This document shows positions 9,334 to 18,488 of a stretch of DNA of 64,000 nt, one piece after another. Position 1 is the stretch's first letter. Each line of letters starts with the position of its first letter. Both the position numbers and the translations under genes were made by a program. Origin of the DNA: a virus. The notes under the pieces are model-generated. The model saw only the letters and a program-made list of their open reading frames with translations. It had not been told where the DNA came from and ran no database searches. Location of the stretch: IMG/VR virus record IMGVR_UViG_3300031111_000001, positions 32,001 to 96,000 of that record, one strand, 5' to 3'.

Positions 9334-9951
9334 TCAGGCGTCGAGGCCGAAAAGGTTGTAGAACAGGCTCAAGAACTTCTCGTAGCTCTGTTCCGGCGTC
9401 CACGGCTCGATGCAGAACTTCAGCGGGCGCAGCCCCCAGTCCTTGTAGTAAGGCCACTCCTTCCATCGCTCGTCCCTGAAGAAGCTCTTGGCCTCGGTGA
9501 GCAACATGGTCTTGTCCACCAAATCCACCCGGCTCCAGGGAGAACACTCGTCCTTCTTGTCGAAGAAGGGCAAGCCGAACCGCTGGGCGATACGATAGTG
9601 GATCATATCCTCCACGTTCTCGATGTGAGTCTCCATCGTCCAGGGCTGATGGCTGGGGTGTACCTTCATGCAGGTATGGGCCTTGATGGGAATCGGGATG
9701 TCGCCGATATACGCCTCGCTGGCGTCATGCATCAGTGCCCACTTCCGCAGCACGTCGTCATCTACGATCTGTTGGGCGCAGAGAATGGAATGCTGGGCGA
9801 CGGAGTAGAACTTCGGCACATGACCGCCGTACCGGCAAGTGTTCGCCAGAGAGCGGGCGATGTCCTTGATATTGATGTCTTCGGCGCGGGGGTCCAGAGG
9901 GTAGAAGTGGATGCCGCTCAAGGTGGTCTGGAATCGTCCGATACGCGACAT
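9334..9951 (-). CDS. HD-domain phosphohydrolase (YfdR/YfbR-like)
   Basis: DIARSLANTCRYGGH..FYSVAQHS, ALMHDASEAYIGDI; start re-assigned to ATG 9951 (ATGA overlap with upstream stop). Confidence 0.85.
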   Translation of the reverse strand: MSRIGRFQTTLSGIHFYPLDPRAEDINIKDIARSLANTCRYGGHVPKFYSVAQHSILCAQQIVDDDVLRKWALMHDASEAYIGDIPIPIKAHTCMKVHPSHQPWTMETHIENVEDMIHYRIAQRFGLPFFDKKDECSPWSRVDLVDKTMLLTEAKSFFRDERWKEWPYYKDWGLRPLKFCIEPWTPEQSYEKFLSLFYNLFGLDA

Positions 9952-10523
9952 CACGCAGCCTCCTTGAATCCGACACGCAGCATGGGGAGGATCATGTTCA
10001 CGATGAAGGCCTCGTATTCCTCCATGGATGCCCAGCCGTGGCCGTTGACCACCAGATTCGCGTCGTCGCGCATACTGGGGACTTCCGTCTCTGAGTTGTG
10101 GTTCGGAATCCACTCCAGGCCCAGATGTTCGGCCCGCGCCTTGCGGATGTTTTCCGGGGTGTCCACATAGACCACGCTGAAGCCAAGCTCCTTGACCTTG
10201 GTGAGTTCGTAGGTCCGCCGCACGTCGTCGCAGAGGACCATATCGTACATGTTGATCCACTCGTTGCCGTGAGAGGCTAGGGCGTCGGCCCGGAAAGACT
10301 TCTCGAAAGCGTTTACAAAAACCATTTCTCCGAAGTGACGCTTGGCGAGATCGCCGAAGTCCTGCATGAACGCACGGCACTTCGGCTGGCCCAGGCCGTT
10401 CTGGGCGTGGTAGATGGGGTCCGCGAACTTGATGACGCGGCTGTGCGGAACGTGCTTCCGCAACATGTTGGACAGCGTGGTCTTGCCAGAACACTGCTGC
10501 CCGATGATTGCAACCTTGATCAC
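9951..10523 (-). CDS. Deoxynucleoside monophosphate kinase-like protein
   Basis: Walker A GQQCSGKTT, FADPI, DDVR, HNSET motifs; start re-assigned to GTG 10523. Confidence 0.8.
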   Translation of the reverse strand: MIKVAIIGQQCSGKTTLSNMLRKHVPHSRVIKFADPIYHAQNGLGQPKCRAFMQDFGDLAKRHFGEMVFVNAFEKSFRADALASHGNEWINMYDMVLCDDVRRTYELTKVKELGFSVVYVDTPENIRKARAEHLGLEWIPNHNSETEVPSMRDDANLVVNGHGWASMEEYEAFIVNMILPMLRVGFKEAA

Positions 10524-10921
10524 GAAATAACTCCTAGTTTTTTCTGAATCTTCTTTTGGACTCTGTGGATCATTTTGAAGTACCCTCGAACCACAATGGT
10601 GGGCGGGGTGTTTGGGTCCATAGCCATGGACGAACAGATACCTGCTCCGTTGACCTCGCAGCACGCCGTGTAGATGACCTCCCGGTTCTCAAAGTCTGAA
10701 TGCTGCGTGATCTGAGCCGTGTTCAGGATTTCCTCTGCGCACGGGCGAGGGTCTAGCGGGACCGTCTCCATCCATGGAGTCGCAGGGTCATTCGGATCAC
10801 GCGGGAGCGGATCAGGCGGCATGAGGAGGTTCAGGATGCCCGGAATCCGAAGCCGCTCTCCATGGAGCGCGACAGCAATGAAGGCTTCTGCGAATTTGGC
10901 GTCGTCAGTCAGCAAGCACAT
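10520..10921 (-). CDS. Hypothetical protein
   Basis: ORF overlaps both neighbours in the operon. Confidence 0.6.
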   Translation of the reverse strand: MCLLTDDAKFAEAFIAVALHGERLRIPGILNLLMPPDPLPRDPNDPATPWMETVPLDPRPCAEEILNTAQITQHSDFENREVIYTACCEVNGAGICSSMAMDPNTPPTIVVRGYFKMIHRVQKKIQKKLGVIS

Positions 10922-11534
10922 CTTCGACCAGGGTTTTGGCCTCTTCCGGCAGCGCGTCGTAGACTTTGTAGGCCAATTCGCGAATCTCGAAATGGGCCTT
11001 GGGGGAGGTGCGCAGGAACAGGAAATTGCGCAGGGACCGGGCGTTGATGGTCCAGATCAGGTTGGTCTTGAAGGCTTCCGGCAGGGGGTATTTGAGTTTG
11101 TCGTTGGAGATGTCGGGGTGTTCCATCATGAGATCGATGACGTTTTGTAGGTTCTGAAGAACCACGACATTGACCCGTTCATCGCCGGTATCAACCACGA
11201 AATCGCTGATTTCGTTGACATTCGGCTTCAAAAGCCGTTTGAGGCAAAAACGAGTTGACTCAACACTCAAACTGGCTATACGGTGCCTCGCCAGTTCTTG
11301 GAGAATAGCCCTGGACATGCCGGTGATCTGGAAAGTGAAAACTGCATGTTCCAGGGTGGACGTATGTCCGAAACCGATGATCCGGTGGATCAAATCTTCG
11401 TCATTGGGTCCAATGGTTGTTTTTTTGCCATCGCTGCCAAGGACAGAGTCGAGCTTACCCTCGGACCTCCAACACTGCCTGATGGCCTTGATTGCGCCCA
11501 TGATGGGAGTGTGGGCGACCAATTCGACTTGCAT
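10905..11534 (-). CDS. thyX: FAD-dependent thymidylate synthase
   Basis: GHTSTLEH, ELARHRIASLSVESTRF (RHRx7S), NARSLRNFLFLR, AHFEIR; AGGAG RBS before ATG 11534. Confidence 0.95.
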   Translation of the reverse strand: MQVELVAHTPIMGAIKAIRQCWRSEGKLDSVLGSDGKKTTIGPNDEDLIHRIIGFGHTSTLEHAVFTFQITGMSRAILQELARHRIASLSVESTRFCLKRLLKPNVNEISDFVVDTGDERVNVVVLQNLQNVIDLMMEHPDISNDKLKYPLPEAFKTNLIWTINARSLRNFLFLRTSPKAHFEIRELAYKVYDALPEEAKTLVEDVLAD

Positions 11535-11653
11535 TTGACTCCTTCTGACGGCTGTATTGAACCGCCATGTGTTGTGATTTGAGCGGGGGGGGGGTGGCTG
11601 CTTGCCCATAGCGGGCTTGTGAATGTTTGCTCATAGCCTTGGGAGAACTTGAC

Positions 11654-12244
11654 ATGATGGATGCTCTTGGCATCCTTGGGAGTGGAGACGCACTGTTGAC
11701 TGCAATGCCGCTGTCTCACATTTCTAAGGTTCCGTTTCGGCCAGCACCGTTGTTTGACAGGGGATTGTTCTGGAACAACAAGCGGGTTACTATGTTCGCC
11801 GTACCCGTTGAAGAAGCCGCTTTGGTCTTGATGTTGCGAAACGATTTCTGGCGTCCGACGCTCGACGCAGACCCAGCGGAAAGCAAGGTGCTGGTCAACA
11901 ACTTCCTGCTGCATCAACTATCCAAATCGCCAGAGGCAATAGCCCCGTTTGGCATCTGTGGTTCGTGGCACACGCTTGACATGATGGGGCAGCACGAAAC
12001 GATAAAACTGTCTGACGGACAGGCATACTTGGGGGTGGCGCACGGGATGGCGAATTTCTACTATCCAGACTTCGCCAATAACCGCGTTTTTGTGTGTAGC
12101 GTGCCCCCTCACGGGCTTTTAGGGGAGAGGGCGATTGCAGGTGTGCAATCGCCCCCAGAAAGGCCCCTAGAGCCGCTGCGCGGCCTGGGCAGCAAGGGCA
12201 CTGCGCTCGGACTTGGTCATGTTCAGGATCGCCACGTTGGATAG
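11654..12244 (+). CDS. Hypothetical protein on the opposite strand to its neighbourhood
   Basis: Only long ORF filling the thyX-phoH gap; GGGAGA RBS 7 nt before ATG; 3' end overlaps phoH, so the end is uncertain. Confidence 0.45.
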   Translation: MMDALGILGSGDALLTAMPLSHISKVPFRPAPLFDRGLFWNNKRVTMFAVPVEEAALVLMLRNDFWRPTLDADPAESKVLVNNFLLHQLSKSPEAIAPFGICGSWHTLDMMGQHETIKLSDGQAYLGVAHGMANFYYPDFANNRVFVCSVPPHGLLGERAIAGVQSPPERPLEPLRGLGSKGTALGLGHVQDRHVG

Positions 12245-13504
12245 ACCCTGCATGCGCTCCATGGCGTGCGCCAGTCCGCAGTTGGATTTGGTCAAGTAGG
12301 GACTGTCGATCTGCTGAAGGTCGCCCAGCAGGATCAGTTTGGACGAGTTCCCGATCCGGGTGACCAGAGTCTTGATCTCCTTGGGGGTCAGGTTCTGGCA
12401 CTCGTCCACGACCACGATCCGATTCATCAGGGACCGGCCCCGGATGAAGCAGAGGGCGTCCACTTCGATCTGGCCTTTGTCCTTGAGGTCCATGACGGTG
12501 GCACTGTCGTGCTTCAGCAGGAACTCAAGGTTGTCCGTGAAGGGTTTCACCCAGGCTTCCATCTTCTCGTCGAGGTCGCCCGGCAGGAAGCCGATCCCGT
12601 TGCCCACGTCCATGACCACCTTGGTGATCATGATTCGGTCGATGTGGTGCCCGTTGAACTTCTTGGAATGGACCACATGCTCCAGGCCAGCGGCCATGGA
12701 CAACAGGGTCTTGCCGGTGCCCGCGATGCCGTTGCAGATCACGCATTCGATCTTCTCGTCCATCAGCACGTCGGCGAGGAACCGCTGTTCGGCGTTCCGG
12801 GGCTTGATGTGGAAGATGTCGTCCACCTTGCGGATGACCCGCATGTAGCCTTCAGAGAATCGACACAGAGCCGACTGCCCGTTCATCATGTTGCTCATGA
12901 TCTGGTAGCAGCCGTTCACGCGAGGGTTTTCCACCCCAATCTCGGCGGCGTCGAGCTTGCGAAGCTCGTACAACTTGTCGATCATGCCGGGGTCAGCATA
13001 AACGGCCTGGACGGACACGCCCTCGTCGATGTCTGCCTTGTCGGTGAAGTAGGGCTGGGCCACGATGCCCAGAGCGTCAGCCTTGCATCGCATGTTGATA
13101 TCGTTGGTGACGAGAATAATCTCATGGGGGCCGAAACACGCAGTGACGCCTTCGTTTTCGGCCCATTCCTTGAGCCGCCGGGCCACGCCGATGATGTAGT
13201 TGTCGTTGGACCGGCGCAGGGCTGCATGGCTGAACTCGATGTTGTCGGAGTAGACCCGCAAGGTGCCACCATTTTCCAGAACCACCCCCGGAGAAGCCAA
13301 GGCCGACTTGTCCATGTCGCGCAGTTCGTCGATCTTCCGGGCCACGGCGCGGGCGTTCGCGCCCAACTCGCCCGGCTCGTTCTTGAACTTGTCCAGTTCC
13401 TCCAGGGCGGTGAGCGGGATCACCACTTGGTTGTCGTCGAAGCTGGTGATGCTGTCGCAGTCGTGCAGCAGCACGTTGGTGTCCAGCACGAATATCTTAT
13501 TCAC
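12167..13504 (-). CDS. phoH: PIN-domain PhoH-like ATPase
   Basis: N-terminal VLDTNVLL PIN motif; GIAGTGKT, GFLPG, IRGRS, DECQN, LGDLQQID. Confidence 0.92.
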   Translation of the reverse strand: MNKIFVLDTNVLLHDCDSITSFDDNQVVIPLTALEELDKFKNEPGELGANARAVARKIDELRDMDKSALASPGVVLENGGTLRVYSDNIEFSHAALRRSNDNYIIGVARRLKEWAENEGVTACFGPHEIILVTNDINMRCKADALGIVAQPYFTDKADIDEGVSVQAVYADPGMIDKLYELRKLDAAEIGVENPRVNGCYQIMSNMMNGQSALCRFSEGYMRVIRKVDDIFHIKPRNAEQRFLADVLMDEKIECVICNGIAGTGKTLLSMAAGLEHVVHSKKFNGHHIDRIMITKVVMDVGNGIGFLPGDLDEKMEAWVKPFTDNLEFLLKHDSATVMDLKDKGQIEVDALCFIRGRSLMNRIVVVDECQNLTPKEIKTLVTRIGNSSKLILLGDLQQIDSPYLTKSNCGLAHAMERMQGLSNVAILNMTKSERSALAAQAAQRL

Positions 13505-14387
13505 TTGCCCTCGCTTTCAAGTTGAAGGGGAGTTTGTCACAGGTGAACCCTGCGGCCCCTGCATGCCCGCCACCGCCGTACTGCTTGGCGATCACGGACA
13601 CATCCACGTCGAGACGCTCGGTATACATGGAGACGTACCAGTGGCCGCTGGCCGTCCACGCGAAGGGCATGACGGCGTCGTATTCCTTCCAGTTGATCAT
13701 GGAGTCGAACAGCTTGCTCCCGCAGCCCTGCCGGTTCGCGGCAAGGAAGCGAAGGCCATGAAACTCCACAGAGAAGGCAGAGGATTTACAGGATCGCCTG
13801 AAGTCGTTCTCGATGTATTGCTGAACCGTCTCCCCCTGCCGGGTGATTTCTCCGACGTACCCACGGGAATGGAACCGTTCGCTGAAGAGAGTGGTCCACA
13901 TGAGCATCGCATTTTCATGCGCGGGATTCGTATCCTTGAGCCGCATACCGTACTGGAAGGGCAGGACCCGCCCATCAAAGGCATGATCCCACACGTCGTA
14001 TCGTCCCAGCAGGGTGACAGTGAGAGGCATGGGCAGGGGGTCGGAGGCGAAGAAGTATTCCCAGCAAAGCTCACAGGCAGCTTTGCCAAGCTCCCGCTTG
14101 CCCTCGATGAAGATGCCTTCGATGATCTCGTCGGCGCGGGCCTCCTCCATGGCCGTCTTGTGGTGGTCGATCCAGATCAGCCTGTTGCGCTTTGCCAGTC
14201 GGCGCATTTCATCCCATGGAGACAGGCTGAGATCGGCCATGATGACCTTCTCGCCCGGCGGCACCTTACTCCACGGGAATGGTTCGTTATAGTTGAAGGG
14301 GACCATTTTGCAGTCGGGGAACTTGTATTTGACCACGGCCCCAGAACAATGTCCGTCGAGATCGGCAGCGTGATAAAAGCACCACAT
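13497..14387 (-). CDS. DHH/DHHA1 phosphoesterase
   Basis: DLDG, IDHH, YDVW, GGGGHAGAAGF motifs. Confidence 0.9.
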   Translation of the reverse strand: MWCFYHAADLDGHCSGAVVKYKFPDCKMVPFNYNEPFPWSKVPPGEKVIMADLSLSPWDEMRRLAKRNRLIWIDHHKTAMEEARADEIIEGIFIEGKRELGKAACELCWEYFFASDPLPMPLTVTLLGRYDVWDHAFDGRVLPFQYGMRLKDTNPAHENAMLMWTTLFSERFHSRGYVGEITRQGETVQQYIENDFRRSCKSSAFSVEFHGLRFLAANRQGCGSKLFDSMINWKEYDAVMPFAWTASGHWYVSMYTERLDVDVSVIAKQYGGGGHAGAAGFTCDKLPFNLKARASE

Positions 14388-14388
14388 A

Positions 14389-14496
14389 CTACCACCCCAA
14401 GGCGGTACGAATTTTGACGATCTCGGCCTGGATTTCGTCGGACCACTCCACGCCGATGCAGATGCCCAGAATCAGGGCGAAGATGAACCAAGACAT
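14389..14496 (-). CDS. Small membrane peptide (35 aa)
   Basis: MSWFIFALILGICIGVEWSDEIQAEIVKIRTALGW with AAGGA RBS. Confidence 0.5.
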   Translation of the reverse strand: MSWFIFALILGICIGVEWSDEIQAEIVKIRTALGW

Positions 14497-14563
14497 GCTT
14501 TTTCCTTGTGGTATGGACGAAGAAAGGCGGGCCACCGCGAAGTAGCCCGCCTTGTGATGTTGG

Positions 14564-14698
14564 CTACACGCTCTTGAAGTCGGCAAACTTGCGGTCGGCA
14601 AGCTCCTGCTTCTTGCCCGCATTCCAGCGGGTGATCGGGCGGTAGTAGCCAACGATACGGGCCATGGTACAGGTCGTCTTGACCTTCGGTTGCGCCAT
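14564..14698 (-). CDS. Stand-alone glycyl-radical peptide of class III ribonucleotide reductase (44 aa; not in ORF track)
   Basis: MAQPKVKTTCTMARIVGYYRPITRWNAGKKQELADRKFADFKSV contains the NrdD C-terminal RxxGYYRP...WNxGKxQE..DR motif; GGAGG RBS. Confidence 0.9.
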   Translation of the reverse strand: MAQPKVKTTCTMARIVGYYRPITRWNAGKKQELADRKFADFKSV

Positions 14699-14700
14699 GG

Positions 14701-15273
14701 TCACACCTCCTTGTTCGGCTGAACCCATTTCACGGTCCAGCGATTCAGAAGATCACCGGAGAGCTTCTCCAGTGAGGCCCCGTAGTCGTCCTTGTATTTG
14801 GGGAAATCCACGATGCGGAGTTCGCGATATTTCGCGCTGGAGTAGTATTCCAGAGCGCATCGCAAGCGTCCGATGTATTCCTGTTCCGGCATGATGCTGA
14901 CCTCGCTGGTCGGCTTCAAAGACAGGATCACAGACTCAAAGGGATTTCGGATGTTCCTCGGTAGGACCAGTCCGTTGGATTGCAGTGCCAGTGGGCGTCC
15001 GAAGAAGAATCGAACGGCGTTGTGAAACTCCGGGTGGCATGTCGGTTCGCCCCCAGAGAGGACGATGCCGACCTTCTGCGTGTGAAACGCAAGCTGCATC
15101 CGGTTGAGGTGGTGCGCAATGTCCTTGAGGGAATAAACGGCCTCGCCGCGCACCACGATCTTGTTGTGGCAGAAACTGCAATTCAGGTTACATCCATTGA
15201 AGAACAGGGTCATTGCCAATTTGCCGGGGAAGTCGATCATGCCCGTGCAGAACCCGGTGAATGCCTCCATCAT
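14701..15273 (-). CDS. nrdG: Anaerobic RNR activating radical-SAM enzyme
   Basis: IDFPGKLA, GCNLNCSFCHN (CxxxCxxC), LSGGEPT. Confidence 0.9.
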   Translation of the reverse strand: MMEAFTGFCTGMIDFPGKLAMTLFFNGCNLNCSFCHNKIVVRGEAVYSLKDIAHHLNRMQLAFHTQKVGIVLSGGEPTCHPEFHNAVRFFFGRPLALQSNGLVLPRNIRNPFESVILSLKPTSEVSIMPEQEYIGRLRCALEYYSSAKYRELRIVDFPKYKDDYGASLEKLSGDLLNRWTVKWVQPNKEV

Positions 15274-15494
15274 GGAACCCTCCGATCTACCTGATCGATC
15301 AGCTTGGATAGCATTTCGACCATCATGTTCCTGATCCGCTCTTTTGTGTGCTGCCTAATGTATTGGCGTTGGGCGGCAGAGCAGAGTAGATCGGTGTTCA
15401 ATGGAGAAAACCGCACTCGCTCTTGAAGAGCCAAAAGTTGCTCACGAAGGGCGAATGCTGCCAATTGACGGGCAGTCATCGCTGCCCGGCTCAT
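15270..15494 (-). CDS. Hypothetical protein
   Basis: Translationally coupled to HU and nrdG. Confidence 0.55.
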   Translation of the reverse strand: MSRAAMTARQLAAFALREQLLALQERVRFSPLNTDLLCSAAQRQYIRQHTKERIRNMMVEMLSKLIDQVDRRVP

Positions 15495-15769
15495 TAGGCG
15501 TTCAGGGAGGCCTTGAAGGTGCCGCTGACCGTAAACTTCACGGACTTGGTGGCCGGGATCAGAATCTTCTCGCCGGTCTTGGGATTGCGGCCATCACGCG
15601 GGGCACGCTCCACGGGCACCAGCTTGCCGAAGCCGCTGATGGCAACGGTGTCGCCACCGGCCAGCACGTCCTTGATCTCGCCGAAGATCAGGTCCACGGT
15701 GGCCTCGGTCTTGGCTTTGGACAGGCCCAGCTTGGGAGCGATCTGCTCCACGAACTCCATACGATTCAT
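15494..15769 (-). CDS. HU family DNA-binding protein
   Basis: ISGFGK...RAPRDGRNPKTGEKILIPA. Confidence 0.95.
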   Translation of the reverse strand: MNRMEFVEQIAPKLGLSKAKTEATVDLIFGEIKDVLAGGDTVAISGFGKLVPVERAPRDGRNPKTGEKILIPATKSVKFTVSGTFKASLNA

Positions 15770-15806
15770 TGTTGCTCCTTGTTCTTGTATTGCGAAGGGT
15801 TAGAGG

Positions 15807-17648
15807 TTATCCCTCGACCAGTTCGGGATGCTCTTTGCGCAGAGCTTCGATCTGTTCGGGGGTATGTTCGTTCGGGCACGCTTCGTGAATGCCCTGGACC
15901 GGCCCACAGATGGGGCACATTGAGTAGGTCACGTTCAGCCCGAAATAGGGCAGATTGGTGTCGCAGATCATCCGCACCAGAGCCTCGGCGTCCTTCTCGT
16001 CGATCTCATGATCGAGATAGAAGTGCTGGACCGTGCCCCCGGATGGGATCACCTGAAGCTGCGTTTGGGTGGCGAAGACCAGATCAAGCTGATCCTGCAT
16101 GTCAGCCGGGACAAAATGGCTGTTCGTGAAGTACGGCCTGACCTTCAGCCCCTGATGCTCGATGTCGGGGAAGCTCTTGAGAGCCTTCTTTGCCAGCTTG
16201 TAGGACGCGCTTTCGGCAGGGGTGGCCTCAAGATTGAAGAGCGTCCCTGTCTCGTTGATGAAGCGATCCACGTTGGATTTCATGCGATGCAGGACGCCCT
16301 TGGCAAACTCCAGGCCTTCCGGCGAGGCAAAGCCGAAGCTGTCGTTGGTCGCGATGCAAGTGGCCTCCCAGAGGCCCACAAAGCCGATGGTCGTAAAGAA
16401 CGTGTCGAAACGGCGCGGCAGGTTTGCCATGCACATGGGGAAAAACCCCTTGTCGTAAAACTCGTTCACGACCTTGCGCTTCCATAGTTCCTCGTCCTTG
16501 ATCAATTCCATCCAGCGGTCCAGTTCCTCCCAGAAGCTCAAGTCGTTCGCCTTGCAGTGCTGGGCGAGGTACGGGAGGGAGATTGTGACAACCTGAAGGG
16601 AGCCAGTGCTGTCTCCAGCACCAAACAACCCGCCCGTATGGGAACGGAGGTCGTTCAGGTCGAGAGACAGGCGGCAGCACATGCTGCGCACGTCTCTGGG
16701 ATCAAGCCGCTTGTCGCCGGAAGTCACGCCGTTTATGAAGTTCTGAAAGAACGGCGTGCCGTATTTCGCGGTAAGTCTCCAGACCCTGGACCTGATATGG
16801 TCGATTTCAGGATCGTCGAGGAAGTCTTCCGTGACGTTGATGGTCAGGACAGGGAACGTAAAGCCCTTGCCGGTATAGTCGCCCTCGATGAAGATATCCA
16901 AGATCGTGGCACACACAAGCTGCTGCCAGTGTTCCAATTCCCCGTAGGTGCTGTTTTTCACCTTGATTCCGTCTTCGTGATACGAATAGAAATCGTCGAG
17001 GGATTTGCTGCCGATGCTGGCGCGTTGATCTCTCATATCTTCCGGGCACTTCATCGCCAACGTGATGTTGGTGAAGGGTGTCTGACCGCCGTAGCGGTTG
17101 GTCTGGTTCAAATGGAAGATCAACTCTTGGATGCTTTGTCGCACCTCCTCCCGCGTTTGCTGGAAGGCGATCTGGCGCGGCACCCCTTGCTTCTTCTTGT
17201 CGAGGTAGAACTTGTATGCGTAGGCCCCAAGGTACACGTCGATGTCGTTGAATGCGATGGCCCCAGCCACTTCGTTGCACACGGAGCCGATGGTGTTCAC
17301 CATGTGGTTGATGACCGTGCGGAAGTGTTTTGGGGGACCAGACGGCACGGGGCCTGTGTTCATGCCGTTGTTGATCAGCATCGCCATTGATAGGCCGATG
17401 CAGTAAGGGGTCAGGTAGCCCAGTGACAGATCGTGGATATGACAGCCACCAGCCTTGTGGAGGTCCACAAGTTCCCCAAACTCTTCTTCAAGTCGTTTCA
17501 GGTTGTCCCGGTTGAGACAAACCCCGCCAACTGTGAAGAGCAAACCGTTTGGTGTGACTCCCATGTTGGCGTTTTCGTTGTTGTAGTCGCCGCCCGCCAC
17601 GTAATCATCAATGATCGTGTCTATGCGGACGCGAACCTCCTTGGTCAT
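15807..17648 (-). CDS. nrdD: Class III (anaerobic) ribonucleotide reductase catalytic barrel, lacking the glycyl-radical tail
   Basis: NENAN, HIHDL..PYC, FTFPV, RSMCCRL, NLEATPAES, YFTNS, GGTV.H, CPICG; ends without an RxxGY motif. Confidence 0.92.
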   Translation of the reverse strand: MTKEVRVRIDTIIDDYVAGGDYNNENANMGVTPNGLLFTVGGVCLNRDNLKRLEEEFGELVDLHKAGGCHIHDLSLGYLTPYCIGLSMAMLINNGMNTGPVPSGPPKHFRTVINHMVNTIGSVCNEVAGAIAFNDIDVYLGAYAYKFYLDKKKQGVPRQIAFQQTREEVRQSIQELIFHLNQTNRYGGQTPFTNITLAMKCPEDMRDQRASIGSKSLDDFYSYHEDGIKVKNSTYGELEHWQQLVCATILDIFIEGDYTGKGFTFPVLTINVTEDFLDDPEIDHIRSRVWRLTAKYGTPFFQNFINGVTSGDKRLDPRDVRSMCCRLSLDLNDLRSHTGGLFGAGDSTGSLQVVTISLPYLAQHCKANDLSFWEELDRWMELIKDEELWKRKVVNEFYDKGFFPMCMANLPRRFDTFFTTIGFVGLWEATCIATNDSFGFASPEGLEFAKGVLHRMKSNVDRFINETGTLFNLEATPAESASYKLAKKALKSFPDIEHQGLKVRPYFTNSHFVPADMQDQLDLVFATQTQLQVIPSGGTVQHFYLDHEIDEKDAEALVRMICDTNLPYFGLNVTYSMCPICGPVQGIHEACPNEHTPEQIEALRKEHPELVEG

Positions 17649-17723
17649 TCGGAGATCACTCCTTTGTTGAGCAGTTAATCCTCAAGCCTTAACCGGATGA
17701 TACTTGTCGATTGTACTTGATGA

Positions 17724-18257
17724 TTACTGCCCGGAGTGACCGAAGCCGCCTTCCCCGCGTTCGGAGTCGGCCAATTCGTTTGCCACCACGAACTTCAGAT
17801 TACGATTGATGACGGGCTTGATGACGCCCTGCGCGATCCTGTCGCCCTTTTTGATGATCAAGGGCATGTTCATTGTCACGATGCCCAGGTCAGCCATGTT
17901 CGTGACGTGGCCGTCGATATCCACCTCGATAGTGTCCTTGCCTTCGTACTGGGCATTCATCAGGCAATGGACGATTATGTTCAGTGGGCCTCGGTAGCCT
18001 TCGTCCACGGTGCCGGGCGAGTTCTTGATGATGTAGGGGGTTTCGAGGGCCATGCCGCTACGCGGACGGACCTGCATTTCGGTGTTTGGGGGAAGTTCCA
18101 TCGAGAGCCCGGTCTGAATCACGACAGTTTCGCCGGGCAGGACGATCACATCCTCGATGGTGTAAAAGTCAAAACCAGCATCGCCTGCTTTGGCGATGGT
18201 TGGGATAACGGCGTCAGGATGCCGTTTTCTCCACTTCACAGTCTGCAATCGCTGCAC
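17724..18257 (-). CDS. dut: Trimeric dUTPase
   Basis: DAGFD, PRSG, GTVDEGYRG, GDRIAQ, RGEGGFGHSG. Confidence 0.95.
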   Translation of the reverse strand: MQRLQTVKWRKRHPDAVIPTIAKAGDAGFDFYTIEDVIVLPGETVVIQTGLSMELPPNTEMQVRPRSGMALETPYIIKNSPGTVDEGYRGPLNIIVHCLMNAQYEGKDTIEVDIDGHVTNMADLGIVTMNMPLIIKKGDRIAQGVIKPVINRNLKFVVANELADSERGEGGFGHSGQ

Positions 18258-18477
18258 CTCCGGTGATAATGGTTTGGAGTTGGGCCTTCACGTTGGCCGC
18301 AGCCGTGATCTCGGCGACGATGGCGTTGTTGCGTTGCTTCAGGGTGTCGATCTTGGTGTTGTTGGTGGTCTTCTCGCCCTGGAGCAGCTTGGTCCCTTCG
18401 TCGAGCTTCGCAACCATGGTCTTGAACTGCCCGATGACTCCACGAATCTTCTTGAAACCCTTGTCTTTGTTGAACAT
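18214..18477 (-). CDS. Hypothetical coiled-coil protein
   Basis: GGAG RBS, heptad-like pattern, position within operon. Confidence 0.6.
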   Translation of the reverse strand: MFNKDKGFKKIRGVIGQFKTMVAKLDEGTKLLQGEKTTNNTKIDTLKQRNNAIVAEITAAANVKAQLQTIITGGAAIADCEVEKTAS

Positions 18478-18488
18478 GTTGTACTCCG

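Noticed and set aside
9334-11534. HD hydrolase plus kinase as a 2-aminoadenine (DatZ/PurZ) or other base-modification pathway
   Set aside because: No PurZ-like or modification enzyme is recognisable here; the HD protein fits the common YfdR-like type, and thyX/dut point to ordinary thymine DNA.
15807-15900. nrdD truncated by frameshift, intron or intein
   Set aside because: The missing tail is a separate RBS-bearing ORF three genes away, and the intervening DNA encodes intact HU and NrdG.
17670-17700. Sixth copy of the TCATCC promoter motif upstream of nrdD
   Set aside because: Only TCATCC matches; AGACACG and the CGACTAA box at the 17-nt spacing are absent.
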